27,231 nt of DNA from positions 1 through 27,231 of IMG/VR virus record IMGVR_UViG_3300050195_000111. One strand, given 5' to 3'. The notes beneath the pieces were generated by a model. The model was not told where the DNA came from, ran no database searches, and saw only the letters and a program-made list of their open reading frames with translations. Of this stretch, positions 17,548-25,484 are shown piece after piece. Origin of the DNA: a virus (lineage: Duplodnaviria > Caudoviricetes). The position numbers and the translations under genes were made by a program. How positions within the stretch are numbered: the stretch's first letter is position 1; each line of letters starts with the position of its first letter.

Positions 17548-17739
17548 CTAGAGTGCCTCTCCGGCCAAATTATCGGCAAACAACCCCTGCCGGATCATCT
17601 CAGCTTGCGTCTCCGCAATGCACTTGGCTTGATGCACCGCCTCGTATGGCACGTTTACCCCGTCGCAGTTGGCGATAGCTTCCGCCAGCTTGTTTGCGAC
17701 AAGGGCAAGAGCGGTGGCGTAGTGGTGGGCGTCTGTCAT
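17548..17739 (-). CDS. Hypothetical protein
   Basis: ATGA overlap with the upstream gene and GGAG RBS (MTDAHHY...). Confidence 0.55.
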   Translation of the reverse strand: MTDAHHYATALALVANKLAEAIANCDGVNVPYEAVHQAKCIAETQAEMIRQGLFADNLAGEAL

Positions 17740-18107
17740 TTGGTTTCTCCGATTTGTGCGAGGGTTTTCTTTGCAGCGCATCCGCCGCATTCAACGGGGC
17801 TTAGTTTGCCGCAACAGTCATGCGCCTCCCCCATCTCGCATAGGTCGTTTCCGTATTGCGCTAGAGCCTCCCGCGCTATGGCCAGCTTGTGCTGGTATTC
17901 AGCAATGATGCGGGCATATTGGACTTTGGCAGGTTCTCCCGCACTAAACCATTCACGAATGTCATCCTTCATAGCATCGCACACATTGGGATCATCCATC
18001 GCTCCGGACAGCCATTTGCCCAAGTGAACGGACGCCATAATTGATCGGCCAATCAGATTGTTCTCCTCTGCGATAAACTCATCCGGCGGCGTTTTCTGGT
18101 TTTCCAT
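17736..18107 (-). CDS. Hypothetical protein with Cys-rich C-terminus
   Basis: 123 aa, C-x7-CC-x7-CxxC-like cluster, operon context. Confidence 0.6.
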   Translation of the reverse strand: MENQKTPPDEFIAEENNLIGRSIMASVHLGKWLSGAMDDPNVCDAMKDDIREWFSAGEPAKVQYARIIAEYQHKLAIAREALAQYGNDLCEMGEAHDCCGKLSPVECGGCAAKKTLAQIGETK

Positions 18108-18110
18108 CTC

Positions 18111-18320
18111 TTATCCTTTCGGTCTAGCGAATAAAACATACCGGCCAATGGTTGCCATCTTGGCGGGGGCGTATCTCCCACCCTTGGCGCGGTTGCGGAT
18201 CTCATCGGTGGTTAGGTGGGTGATGTATAGATCGATCAGAAGCTGGGTTATGCCGCCGCCTTGGGGCTTGGGTGGCTCATCAGGGAATAGGCTGGCCATC
18301 AGGGTTTGGGCTTCTGTCAT
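18111..18320 (-). CDS. Hypothetical protein
   Basis: ATGA overlap with the replication gene; 69 aa. Confidence 0.55.
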   Translation of the reverse strand: MTEAQTLMASLFPDEPPKPQGGGITQLLIDLYITHLTTDEIRNRAKGGRYAPAKMATIGRYVLFARPKG

Positions 18321-19018
18321 TTGCGAAGCGCTGCCCTGCGTTCACTTGCTGCCACCATGGCCGAGAACCCAAAGTTCCCGCTCTGGCGCTGGGGCTGTTG
18401 TTTGGCCAACCAATCCGCCTTGAACGACTGCCAGCCGCGCTCTGCGCATGTCTCGATTGCCTGCGCTAACGTAACGCCAGCTTTCACCGCTTCGCGCTCA
18501 ATTGCCTTCATGGCAGTTTCCGTCAAAGGGGCGCGCTTGGATTTGCGAACGGCGAGGAAGTCAGACCAGACTTGCGCGTCAACACCATCTGGCTTGGCAG
18601 GGGATGGTGAGCCGCGCTTTACTATTGACGGTTCATTGATGGTTATTGATGGTTTGGGTGACACTGTGTCGGGGGTCCTGCGACTGTGTGTCACCCCCGT
18701 GGTGACTTTCTGTCGGGGGTGACTTTCTGTCGGGGGTGACACTGTGTCGTGGGTTTGATCGAACAAAGCATCAATGTTTACCTGATAGGTATGCGGCTTT
18801 CCAATCGCTTCTTTGATCCAAAGGAAATTGGCATCACACAAGGATTTGATAGCCCTTTGCACAGTCCTATCTGAGCAACTGCATTTTTTCGCCAAGGTAG
18901 ACACCGCTGGCCAGCACGATCCATGATCGTTCGCATGGTCGCAGATGCACAAGAGAACCATTTTTTCAGTGATGGGGATTGGCAAGGTCCATGCTGCCGA
19001 CATAAGCTTGATGCTCAT
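18317..19018 (-). CDS. Replication initiator (N-terminal winged HTH, lambda O-like organisation)
   Basis: K.VLL.ICDHAND.G.CWP.V.TLA.KC..S.RTVQRAI.L pattern; linker with iterons; W.DF..VRK.K...LT...GWQSF C-terminal domain. Confidence 0.85.
   Translation of the reverse strand: MSIKLMSAAWTLPIPITEKMVLLCICDHANDHGSCWPAVSTLAKKCSCSDRTVQRAIKSLCDANFLWIKEAIGKPHTYQVNIDALFDQTHDTVSPPTESHPRQKVTTGVTHSRRTPDTVSPKPSITINEPSIVKRGSPSPAKPDGVDAQVWSDFLAVRKSKRAPLTETAMKAIEREAVKAGVTLAQAIETCAERGWQSFKADWLAKQQPQRQSGNFGFSAMVAASERRAALRK
18617..18754. repeat. Putative replication origin: 17-bp iterons plus AT-rich repeats
   Basis: GGTGAC(TTTC/ACTG)TGTCG(G/T)G at 18657, 18701, 18718 and 18735, one inverted copy at ~18681-18697, and three ATTGA(C/T)GGTT copies adjacent. 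Confidence 0.75.
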
Positions 19019-19296
19019 TGCAGGGCATTCTCAAACACTATCGCATAAGCCTTAATTTGGCCCGTTCTGCCATTCCTTATCCCTGCATCCGCGATATACC
19101 CACCATCCCTCAAGCCCGAGATATTGCTAATCACGGTCTTGCGATTTTGTCCGGTAATCTCGCACAAATTAGCAATAGGCAAATGCACTATGCCTTTTTC
19201 GCTGTCAGCGTAGTGGCACATAGCAATAAGTGTGAATTTCATGCTACTTGGCAAATTTGCTTGGCCAAACGCCCAGTTTACCGCAGCAACGCTCAT
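19015..19296 (-). CDS. Small winged-HTH protein paralogous to the initiator N-terminus
   Basis: MSVAAVNWAF...KFTLIAMCHYAD...LCEITGQNRKTVISNISGL. Confidence 0.75.
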   Translation of the reverse strand: MSVAAVNWAFGQANLPSSMKFTLIAMCHYADSEKGIVHLPIANLCEITGQNRKTVISNISGLRDGGYIADAGIRNGRTGQIKAYAIVFENALQ

Positions 19297-19352
19297 TGAT
19301 CGCCACCCATGATAGCTTGAGATACAGGCGCAATGGTGCTATAAATTCGCAT
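19293..19352 (-). CDS. Candidate 19-aa leader peptide
   Basis: AGGAG RBS; MRIYSTIAPVSQAIMGGDQ, stop overlapping the ATG of the HTH gene (ATGA). Confidence 0.45.
   Translation of the reverse strand: MRIYSTIAPVSQAIMGGDQ
19317..19345 (+). promoter_or_regulatory. Antisense sigma70-like promoter
   Basis: TTGAGA-N17-TATAAA with extended -10 TG. Confidence 0.55.
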
Positions 19353-19419
19353 GTCGGAAAGCTCCTATTTCCGGTAAAAATTTAGGGCGGGGTTTTCAGC
19401 GACCCCGCCCTTTTCTTTT
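19352..19419 (+). ncRNA. Candidate ~65-70 nt antisense RNA
   Basis: Bounded by a plus-strand promoter and a plus-strand terminator; complementary to the leader peptide RBS. Confidence 0.5.
19384..19419 (+). terminator. Intrinsic terminator hairpin
   Basis: AGGGCGGGGT/ACCCCGCCCT followed by TTTCTTTT on the plus strand. Confidence 0.75.
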
Positions 19420-19446
19420 ACCCAATTTAGGAACTGTTTGCAAGCC

Positions 19447-20799
19447 CTATCCGCGCACCGCCTGAAACGCCCCATGGAAATCCCCGAAGGCTGATCCAGT
19501 CTCTCCGTTGCGCCGCTTGTCGCTGATAAACTCCACCTTTCCCTCGTATTTTTCCATAGCTTGCTGCCACTCGATCAACTCCGCGCCGGTCAAGTCTGCC
19601 TGTTGCTTGCGTAGGTAATACTCCATGCGAAGCAGAAATATGACGTTGTTTGCATCCTGTTCCATCTGGCCACTTTCGCGCAGATCGGAAAGGTTCGGTC
19701 GCTTGTCTGGCCTTGCCTCCACCGCTCTGGATAGCTGGGCGAGGGCTAGGATCGAAACACCTTCATCCATACAGATTTGCTTCAGGCCACGGCTGATGCT
19801 GTCAACGTCCGAGGTACGGCCTCCGGTGGATTTGTCAGGCGTCATAAGCTGTAGGTAGTCAATCACGATAAGGCGCAATTCAACGCCTCTGGAAGCCATC
19901 CGGCGCTTGTGCTGCCTAACTAGGCTCCTCATGCGCGATGGCGTCATTGTGCCGGTGCAAACCAGCCGCAAAGGCATCTTGCGCGCAACCTCCCGCGCCT
20001 GCCCGATACGCTTTCGGTCAAGCTGGTCTAACTCGCCGCTGCGGATCTTGCTGTAATAGGTGCCGCCAAGGTCAAAGCATAGATCGGAGCAAATACGCCC
20101 GCCTAACTGGTCAGCTCCAACCTCGAATGAGAAGAACAGAACCCCATAGCCCTGCTGCGCCACGCCGTTAGCGTAGGACACGGCAACTGCGGTTTTGCCC
20201 ATGCCGGGGCGGCCTGCCATGATCGTGAAGTCCGTAGGCCGCAAATCACCCATCACGCCATCAAGCGAGGGGATGCAGCCGCTAGTCACACCGCAAGCGC
20301 CGTTCTCAATCCCTGCTATCATCTCATCGATAGCTTCTAGCGCGTCCGGCTGGTGCAACTGCTGTTCGCTGCGTTCGGATATGATAAGATCCACGCCAGA
20401 AACAATTTCAGCCACATCGACACGCATATCAGCGCAGGCCTTGGATGCACTAGCAAGCCCATCCCTGATCGATCTACGCCGCGCCAGATCGGCAACAATG
20501 CGCGCCATATCCGCCACGGGATGCAGGCCAACGTCACTTGTTAGGCGGGCGAGATAACCAAGGCCACCAAGGCGCGCTAATCCTGCATGGTCTGTAAAAT
20601 GGCCCTTGATAGCCACAGGGCTAGGCGACCGGCCAGCACCAATCTCGCGCGTGACAATCTCGAAAATATCAGCATGGACCGGATCTGCAAAGTCATCGGC
20701 TTTCAAGATGTCCGCTATATCCTCTAGCGATAGAGGATTGGTCATCAGCGAGCCAAGGATGTAGGCTTCTGCATCCAGATTAAGCAGGGCTTCACTCAC
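19447..20799 (-). CDS. dnaB: Replicative DNA helicase
   Basis: AGRPGMGKT, IVIDYLQL, LAQLSRAVE..DKRP.LSDLRESGQMEQDA, KRRNG; GTG start 20799. Confidence 0.95.
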   Translation of the reverse strand: MSEALLNLDAEAYILGSLMTNPLSLEDIADILKADDFADPVHADIFEIVTREIGAGRSPSPVAIKGHFTDHAGLARLGGLGYLARLTSDVGLHPVADMARIVADLARRRSIRDGLASASKACADMRVDVAEIVSGVDLIISERSEQQLHQPDALEAIDEMIAGIENGACGVTSGCIPSLDGVMGDLRPTDFTIMAGRPGMGKTAVAVSYANGVAQQGYGVLFFSFEVGADQLGGRICSDLCFDLGGTYYSKIRSGELDQLDRKRIGQAREVARKMPLRLVCTGTMTPSRMRSLVRQHKRRMASRGVELRLIVIDYLQLMTPDKSTGGRTSDVDSISRGLKQICMDEGVSILALAQLSRAVEARPDKRPNLSDLRESGQMEQDANNVIFLLRMEYYLRKQQADLTGAELIEWQQAMEKYEGKVEFISDKRRNGETGSAFGDFHGAFQAVRG

Positions 20800-20983
20800 G
20801 ATTGCCACCCCTCGCCGCAATCTCTGCATTGGCATATTGCTCATATGCCGTCTGGCGGATCACAATCCACGCGGGGCTAACGCGCAGTTCTGGCCTAGCG
20901 CGCTCTGTCAGCATGATTGCTTGATGGGCTGCAAAGGCGTCCTTTTCTTGTGCATCCAGCACATCCTGCCTAGTCGGTTCCAT
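20792..20983 (-). CDS. Hypothetical protein
   Basis: GGAGG RBS; overlaps the dnaB start. Confidence 0.65.
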   Translation of the reverse strand: MEPTRQDVLDAQEKDAFAAHQAIMLTERARPELRVSPAWIVIRQTAYEQYANAEIAARGGNRE

Positions 20984-20992
20984 CGGTGCCTC

Positions 20993-21331
20993 CTATGTTA
21001 TGCGTAACTGAATTGTCGGAAAGCAGGCGCGGAATAAGGCAGCGCGCAAAGGGAAGTCTCTAACGATCATTCCCTTGCAATCCTCGACCACATCCACGCC
21101 GTTTTCGGTGTAGCTAAAGTCGGGGCGGTATCCTGCGACAGATCCATTGCCCAGCTTGACCGGCCTGCCATCTACGTAAAACTTGAAGCTTGGCTCGATC
21201 ACCAAATCCTCAATTTCACCAGCGCGCTGCAACAGGTGCAATTCATCGCAGCGCTTAGCCTCCTTGCGGCTGGGGTGAGAGTGCCCAGCCGCGCAGATGG
21301 TTTTCTTTGCCCCGTATTTGTGGCGCTTCAT
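20993..21331 (-). CDS. DUF1064-like PD-(D/E)XK nuclease
   Basis: HKYGAKKT...S.KEA.R...L.LL...GEI.DL...Y.PDF.Y...VEDCKG. Confidence 0.85.
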   Translation of the reverse strand: MKRHKYGAKKTICAAGHSHPSRKEAKRCDELHLLQRAGEIEDLVIEPSFKFYVDGRPVKLGNGSVAGYRPDFSYTENGVDVVEDCKGMIVRDFPLRAALFRACFPTIQLRIT

Positions 21332-21588
21332 GAATACACCGCGCCACTATGGCAAATTTGCAAAACTATTTCACCAAGCGGAGATGTCCTATACATTGGC
21401 ACGCCATTAGTAGCCCTCCCATATTCCACCTCTGCAAGGCCAAGTTTTACCAAGTGACTAGCAACACCTCCCTGCCTTCTATGGCATCCGCAATAAGGTG
21501 CTAAAGAGAACGTTTTTGAAAGATGCCGTAAAACATCCCACTGATTAGCGGTTAGTTTTTTTGCAATATCCTTTGGGCTTTCGGCCAT
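21328..21588 (-). CDS. Hypothetical winged-helix-like protein
   Basis: LT..Q..VL..L...LVKLGLAE...T.LG pattern; coupled to neighbouring genes. Confidence 0.55.
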   Translation of the reverse strand: MAESPKDIAKKLTANQWDVLRHLSKTFSLAPYCGCHRRQGGVASHLVKLGLAEVEYGRATNGVPMYRTSPLGEIVLQICHSGAVYS

Positions 21589-21821
21589 CAGTCAATCCCC
21601 AGCACATTGCGGTAAACGTCAACGATGCTTTCCAGCTCTCGGCGGTCGTCCGGCTTCATGGCGCGCAGACGCACAACCATGCGCATGGCCTTCGGATCAT
21701 AGCCCGCGCTCTTGGCTTCGGAATATACATCCTTGATGTCATCTTGGATGCCCTTACGCTCCTCGGACAGGCGTTCAATGCGCTCAATTAGCAGGCGCAG
21801 GCGTTCATCGGCTTCAATCAT
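21588..21821 (-). CDS. gapR: GapR-like nucleoid-associated protein (DUF2312)
   Basis: RLRLLIERIERLSEERKGIQDDIKDVYSEAKSAGYDPKAMR...Y..VLG. Confidence 0.9.
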   Translation of the reverse strand: MIEADERLRLLIERIERLSEERKGIQDDIKDVYSEAKSAGYDPKAMRMVVRLRAMKPDDRRELESIVDVYRNVLGID

Positions 21822-22006
21822 TTTCCGTTCTCCTCTTGGTCAACATCCGCAACAGTCCGATGGTCGCGGTATGGGAAATCGTTAGGCGCTGCTATGGGCT
21901 GGGGAACATCCCGCCCAAGGGAAGCGCATATGTCAGCGCAGGTCTTGCGAACCGCTTGCTTGGCGAGATAGCGGTCTATGTCGCGGGCTGTGCGGAACTT
22001 ATCCAT
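21818..22006 (-). CDS. Hypothetical protein
   Basis: 62 aa between Cro and GapR, overlapping the GapR start. Confidence 0.55.
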   Translation of the reverse strand: MDKFRTARDIDRYLAKQAVRKTCADICASLGRDVPQPIAAPNDFPYRDHRTVADVDQEENGK

Positions 22007-22007
22007 A

Positions 22008-22199
22008 TCATCCCCCTATGGCTGGGAAAAAATCAGGTGGAAGGTTTACCCCCATGCCAGCGGCAATGCGGGCGACTGCGGGCCGGTATCGGTGCGGAAC
22101 CCCTCGCTTAGGCCATTGGTGTATAGCGCTGGCCTTTACGCCTAGCGCCTTTGCGAGAGATTTAGCACCGCCGACTTGTTTGATTAGGTCTTTGTGCAT
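22008..22199 (-). CDS. Cro-like HTH regulator
   Basis: LIKQVGGAKSLAKALGVKASAIHQWPKRGVP; start re-called at ATG 22199. Confidence 0.82.
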   Translation of the reverse strand: MHKDLIKQVGGAKSLAKALGVKASAIHQWPKRGVPHRYRPAVARIAAGMGVNLPPDFFPAIGG

Positions 22200-22321
22200 G
22201 GCAGTAAACTGACAGATGGTTAGGCCCATGGCAAGCAAAAAATCTAACATTGCGTTATTGACGGGCATTTGATTTTCGGGCAGTAAGGGCTAACGGCAAA
22301 AACCGAACGGAAGGATTGAAC

Positions 22322-23047
22322 GTGATTGAGAAGTCAGACAGCATCAAAGAACTGGCAGCCGCTATGGCGAAGGCGCAGGGCGCGGTTAAGGGCGCTCTGA
22401 AAGACAGCAAGAACCCCCACTTCAAGAACAACTACGCCGACCTCGCCAGCGTGTGGGAAGCCTGCCGTGAAGCATTGGCCGACAATGGCCTCGCCGTGAT
22501 GCAGTTCCCCACCGACTGCGAAGGTGGCCGGATTAACGTTGTTCAGCTTGTCACCCATGCCAGCGGTGAATGGATCCAGTCGACCGTTTCCATCCCTCTC
22601 GCCAAGGTAGACGCGCAAAGCTACGGCAGCGCCACGACATACGCCCGCCGCTATGCTCTCGCCGCCGCTGTTGGCGTGGCTCCTGAAGATGATGACGGAA
22701 ACGCAGCCGTGAATGGCAATGGCGCTGACAATTCAGCCCGCCAGAAGCCTATCGCCGCGCAGACTATCCCCAATGCATCGCAGCCCGCCATGATCGATGA
22801 CGCGCAGGCAACCAAGATCCAGATGATCTGCAAAGCGCTGGGCGGGAACACGCTGGCCGATATGATCGCCGCCTATGCTTCAAAGCATCCACACATTCGC
22901 ACCATCAATGACTTTACCGCAAAGCAGGCAGACCAAGCTATCGACCGCCTCAATCAGCGCTTGGCCGAGCGGGCAGCGGAAGAAACCAACAAAAACCTTG
23001 GTGATGCTTTGGGCGATAGCCTGCCTGAATTGGGGGGCGCGGCATGA
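22322..23047 (+). CDS. erf: ERF-family single-strand annealing protein
   Basis: KNPHFKNNYADL and GSATTYARRYAL...EDDDG; GTG start after GGAAGG. Confidence 0.92.
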   Translation: MIEKSDSIKELAAAMAKAQGAVKGALKDSKNPHFKNNYADLASVWEACREALADNGLAVMQFPTDCEGGRINVVQLVTHASGEWIQSTVSIPLAKVDAQSYGSATTYARRYALAAAVGVAPEDDDGNAAVNGNGADNSARQKPIAAQTIPNASQPAMIDDAQATKIQMICKALGGNTLADMIAAYASKHPHIRTINDFTAKQADQAIDRLNQRLAERAAEETNKNLGDALGDSLPELGGAA

Positions 23048-23334
23048 GCAATCCAATGAAGCCCCTCCGCGACTTTTCGGACCTGCACAAAGCCATTGAA
23101 GCCCTTCGCCCTGATGACGCCGATTACATCATCCTTTCGGTTGGCGTCCGCGCTCCGAATTATGACTGCCCTGATGGCAATGGCGTTGTCACCATCCGTA
23201 TGGGCTATGATGAAGCCACTAGCGAGGCAGTGCATATTTCGGATGCAGTGGCTTTGGCGCGGGGCAAGATAATCAAGGCCCGCGAAGCCGAGAAGAAGGC
23301 CAAAGCGGAAGCTAAAGAAAAGGCCAGCCAATGA
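23044..23334 (+). CDS. Hypothetical protein
   Basis: ATGA overlaps at both ends. Confidence 0.65.
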   Translation: MSNPMKPLRDFSDLHKAIEALRPDDADYIILSVGVRAPNYDCPDGNGVVTIRMGYDEATSEAVHISDAVALARGKIIKAREAEKKAKAEAKEKASQ

Positions 23335-24014
23335 CCGACCGCCAAGCAATCGGGGGAAACAATCCCCCACCATCCGAAGCCTTCGCGCTTGAGATTGAAG
23401 ATCTGATCGGCCTGATTAGCGCAACGCTGGCGGGCGGGCCGGTGGAAACCGACTTGCAGGAAACCGCGCTCGATGGCCTGCTGGATGATGTGCGCCGTGT
23501 TCGTAAGGATGCAGACGCGCAACGGGCGGCGGAAAAGAAGCCGCATGATGACGCTGGCAAGGCGGTGCAAGCCACGTGGAAACCTTTGCTGGAAAAGTGC
23601 GATAAGGGCGCGGATGCTATCAAGGCTGCTCTCACGCCTTTCAGGGAGGCCAAGCAGCGCGCTATTGAGGAAGCCGCACGGAAAGCCCGCGAGGAAGCTG
23701 AGGAAGCCCGTAGGAAGGCGCAAGAGGCATTGCAGGCCAGTGATGACCTAGAGCAACGCCTTGCAGCAGAGGAAGCCCTTAAACAGGCTGGAAAGCAGGA
23801 AGCCGCCGCCAAGCGTATCGACAAGGCACCGACCGGCCTACGCACCCGATGGGTGGCGCGGATCGATGACCAGAGGGCGGCCCTGATCGACGTGTTGAAC
23901 AAGAACCCCCAGCCCATTCTTGATGCGTTGGTTGGGGTAATCAATGCCGAAGCGCGAGGGGCTAGGAAGCCTATCGCTGGTGTAACCTATATCGAAGTGA
24001 AGGAGGCGGTTTGA
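23331..24014 (+). CDS. Coiled-coil hypothetical protein of the recombination operon
   Basis: IGGNNPP N-terminal motif, EKKPH, long Ala/Glu/Lys coiled coil, IAGV..I end. Confidence 0.7.
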   Translation: MTDRQAIGGNNPPPSEAFALEIEDLIGLISATLAGGPVETDLQETALDGLLDDVRRVRKDADAQRAAEKKPHDDAGKAVQATWKPLLEKCDKGADAIKAALTPFREAKQRAIEEAARKAREEAEEARRKAQEALQASDDLEQRLAAEEALKQAGKQEAAAKRIDKAPTGLRTRWVARIDDQRAALIDVLNKNPQPILDALVGVINAEARGARKPIAGVTYIEVKEAV

Positions 24015-24151
24015 TGCCATGGCAAGAAATTTTAACTAAAGGCTCAGGCCTTGTTGCTTACGCCTTATCCATTGCATTCCTATGCCAAGGAAAGGCAGAT
24101 TTTGCGACATACAATCTTATTTTGGCAATTTGGATTTGGAGTAAAAAATAA
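24014..24151 (+). CDS. Small hydrophobic protein (45 aa)
   Basis: Not in track. TGATG and TAATG overlaps with both neighbours; MPWQEILTKGSGLVAYALSIAFL...LILAIWIWSKK. Confidence 0.55.
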   Translation: MPWQEILTKGSGLVAYALSIAFLCQGKADFATYNLILAIWIWSKK

Positions 24152-24576
24152 TGCAGACAATCGTAATTGCAGGCCGTCTGGGCCGAGACGCCGAACTCCG
24201 TGAAGCTGGCGGGACTTCCGTTTGCAGCTTCACCGTTGCAGTCGATTACCGCGATGGGCGGGACAAGAAAACTAACTGGTGGCGCGTTAGCCTCTGGGGC
24301 AAGCGTGGCGAGGCTCTGGCGCAATACCTGACCAAGGGGACAAGCGTCACTGTCTCCGGCGAGTTTTCGCTTTCAGAATATGACGGCAAACCCCAACTCA
24401 ACATTCGCGCCAATGATGTGACTATGCACGGCGGGCGGTCTGAAGGCGGGCAGGAGCGTCAGGAGCGTCAATCGTCCGGTGGATCTGACTGGGGCCAGAA
24501 ACCAGCCGGTAATGCTGGGTTTGCTGATGATTTGTCGGATGACATACCCTTTGTCACCAACAATTCCATTTACTGA
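24151..24576 (+). CDS. ssb: Single-stranded DNA-binding protein
   Basis: GRLGRDAELR...WGKRGE...KG..V.V.G and DDIPF tail. Confidence 0.93.
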   Translation: MQTIVIAGRLGRDAELREAGGTSVCSFTVAVDYRDGRDKKTNWWRVSLWGKRGEALAQYLTKGTSVTVSGEFSLSEYDGKPQLNIRANDVTMHGGRSEGGQERQERQSSGGSDWGQKPAGNAGFADDLSDDIPFVTNNSIY

Positions 24577-24869
24577 TGGCTAAAGCGCCAACATCAGAAG
24601 ACCGGCGCAGATTTGATCGTATCGCCGCCATGGGCTGTTTAGTCTGTGGCGGCGCTGCGTCTATCCATCATGTAACCGCTTCGATCCATGGTGGACGTTT
24701 GACGCGCAGGCATGACCGCGTAGTGCCGCTATGCCCTATGCATCACCAAGCCGTGTTTGATCCCTACGCCAGCGATCCTGTGAGTGTGGAGCGCCTTGGA
24801 CATGGCGGGTTTTTCCGTAAATTTGGGATAGACCTCTTAGCGGAGGCAGAAAGGCTTGCAGATGGCTAA
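24576..24869 (+). CDS. Ref-like HNH nuclease
   Basis: GCLVC...IHH...VVPLCPMHH. Confidence 0.7.
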   Translation: MAKAPTSEDRRRFDRIAAMGCLVCGGAASIHHVTASIHGGRLTRRHDRVVPLCPMHHQAVFDPYASDPVSVERLGHGGFFRKFGIDLLAEAERLADG

Positions 24870-25293
24870 AACAATCTGGCTAGTAGGCCACAGCCAGCGC
24901 GAATATGCCAAGAGCATGATCAATGTTGCGCCAAAAGGTTATGTGGTCAAAATCCACGAGCCGACGCGCACGGATGCGCAGAATAGAAAGCTCTGGCCAA
25001 TGATCGACGACTTGCGCAGGCAGGTGCCAGAGCTTGCCACATTTTCAGCCGAGGACATGAAGCTGCGGTTCCTTCACGCGCTGGGCGTGGAATTGCGCTT
25101 CCTACCCGCTCTGGAAGGCGCTGGAGCGTTTCCAGTGGGCGCAAGGTCTAGCACCCTTACCAAGACGCAGTTTGCCGCCCTGATAGAGCTTATTTACGCT
25201 CTGGGCGGCAAGTATGGCGTCCAATGGTCTGCTAGATCGCTTGACGGCTTTGACGATCTAAGGGCTTGCCAATCGGATCATCCTAGCCCATAA
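24862..25293 (+). CDS. ninB: NinB/Orf-family recombination protein
   Basis: RT.AQNRKLWPM...SS.L....F..LIE.IYA.G...GV.W. Confidence 0.85.
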   Translation: MAKTIWLVGHSQREYAKSMINVAPKGYVVKIHEPTRTDAQNRKLWPMIDDLRRQVPELATFSAEDMKLRFLHALGVELRFLPALEGAGAFPVGARSSTLTKTQFAALIELIYALGGKYGVQWSARSLDGFDDLRACQSDHPSP

Positions 25294-25336
25294 GGATTAG
25301 GCCTTTTGGCACCCTTCCTCCTATCCGTTCCAAACT

Positions 25337-25370
25337 GCCCCGCCAGAGTGATCTAGCGGGGCGTTTTTTT
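25337..25370 (+). terminator. Intrinsic terminator of the recombination operon
   Basis: GCCCCGC/GCGGGGC stem followed by T7. Confidence 0.8.
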
Positions 25371-25376
25371 ATGCGC

Positions 25377-25410
25377 AAAAGAAAAGGGCCGACCTTTCAG
25401 CCGACCCTTC
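25377..25410 (-). terminator. Intrinsic terminator of the convergent minus-strand operon
   Basis: AAGGGTCGGC-TGAAAG-GTCGGCCCTT followed by TTCTTTT on the minus strand. Confidence 0.65.
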
Positions 25411-25484
25411 CGTTTATTAACAGGCGCCACAAAGCGCGAGCTACGTCCTAGTCAAACGTAATTTCGCAGTTCGTGGCGCCTCCG

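Noticed and set aside
18657-18754. Possible CRISPR array
   Set aside because: Short abutting repeats without unique spacers, inside a CDS, and no cas genes.
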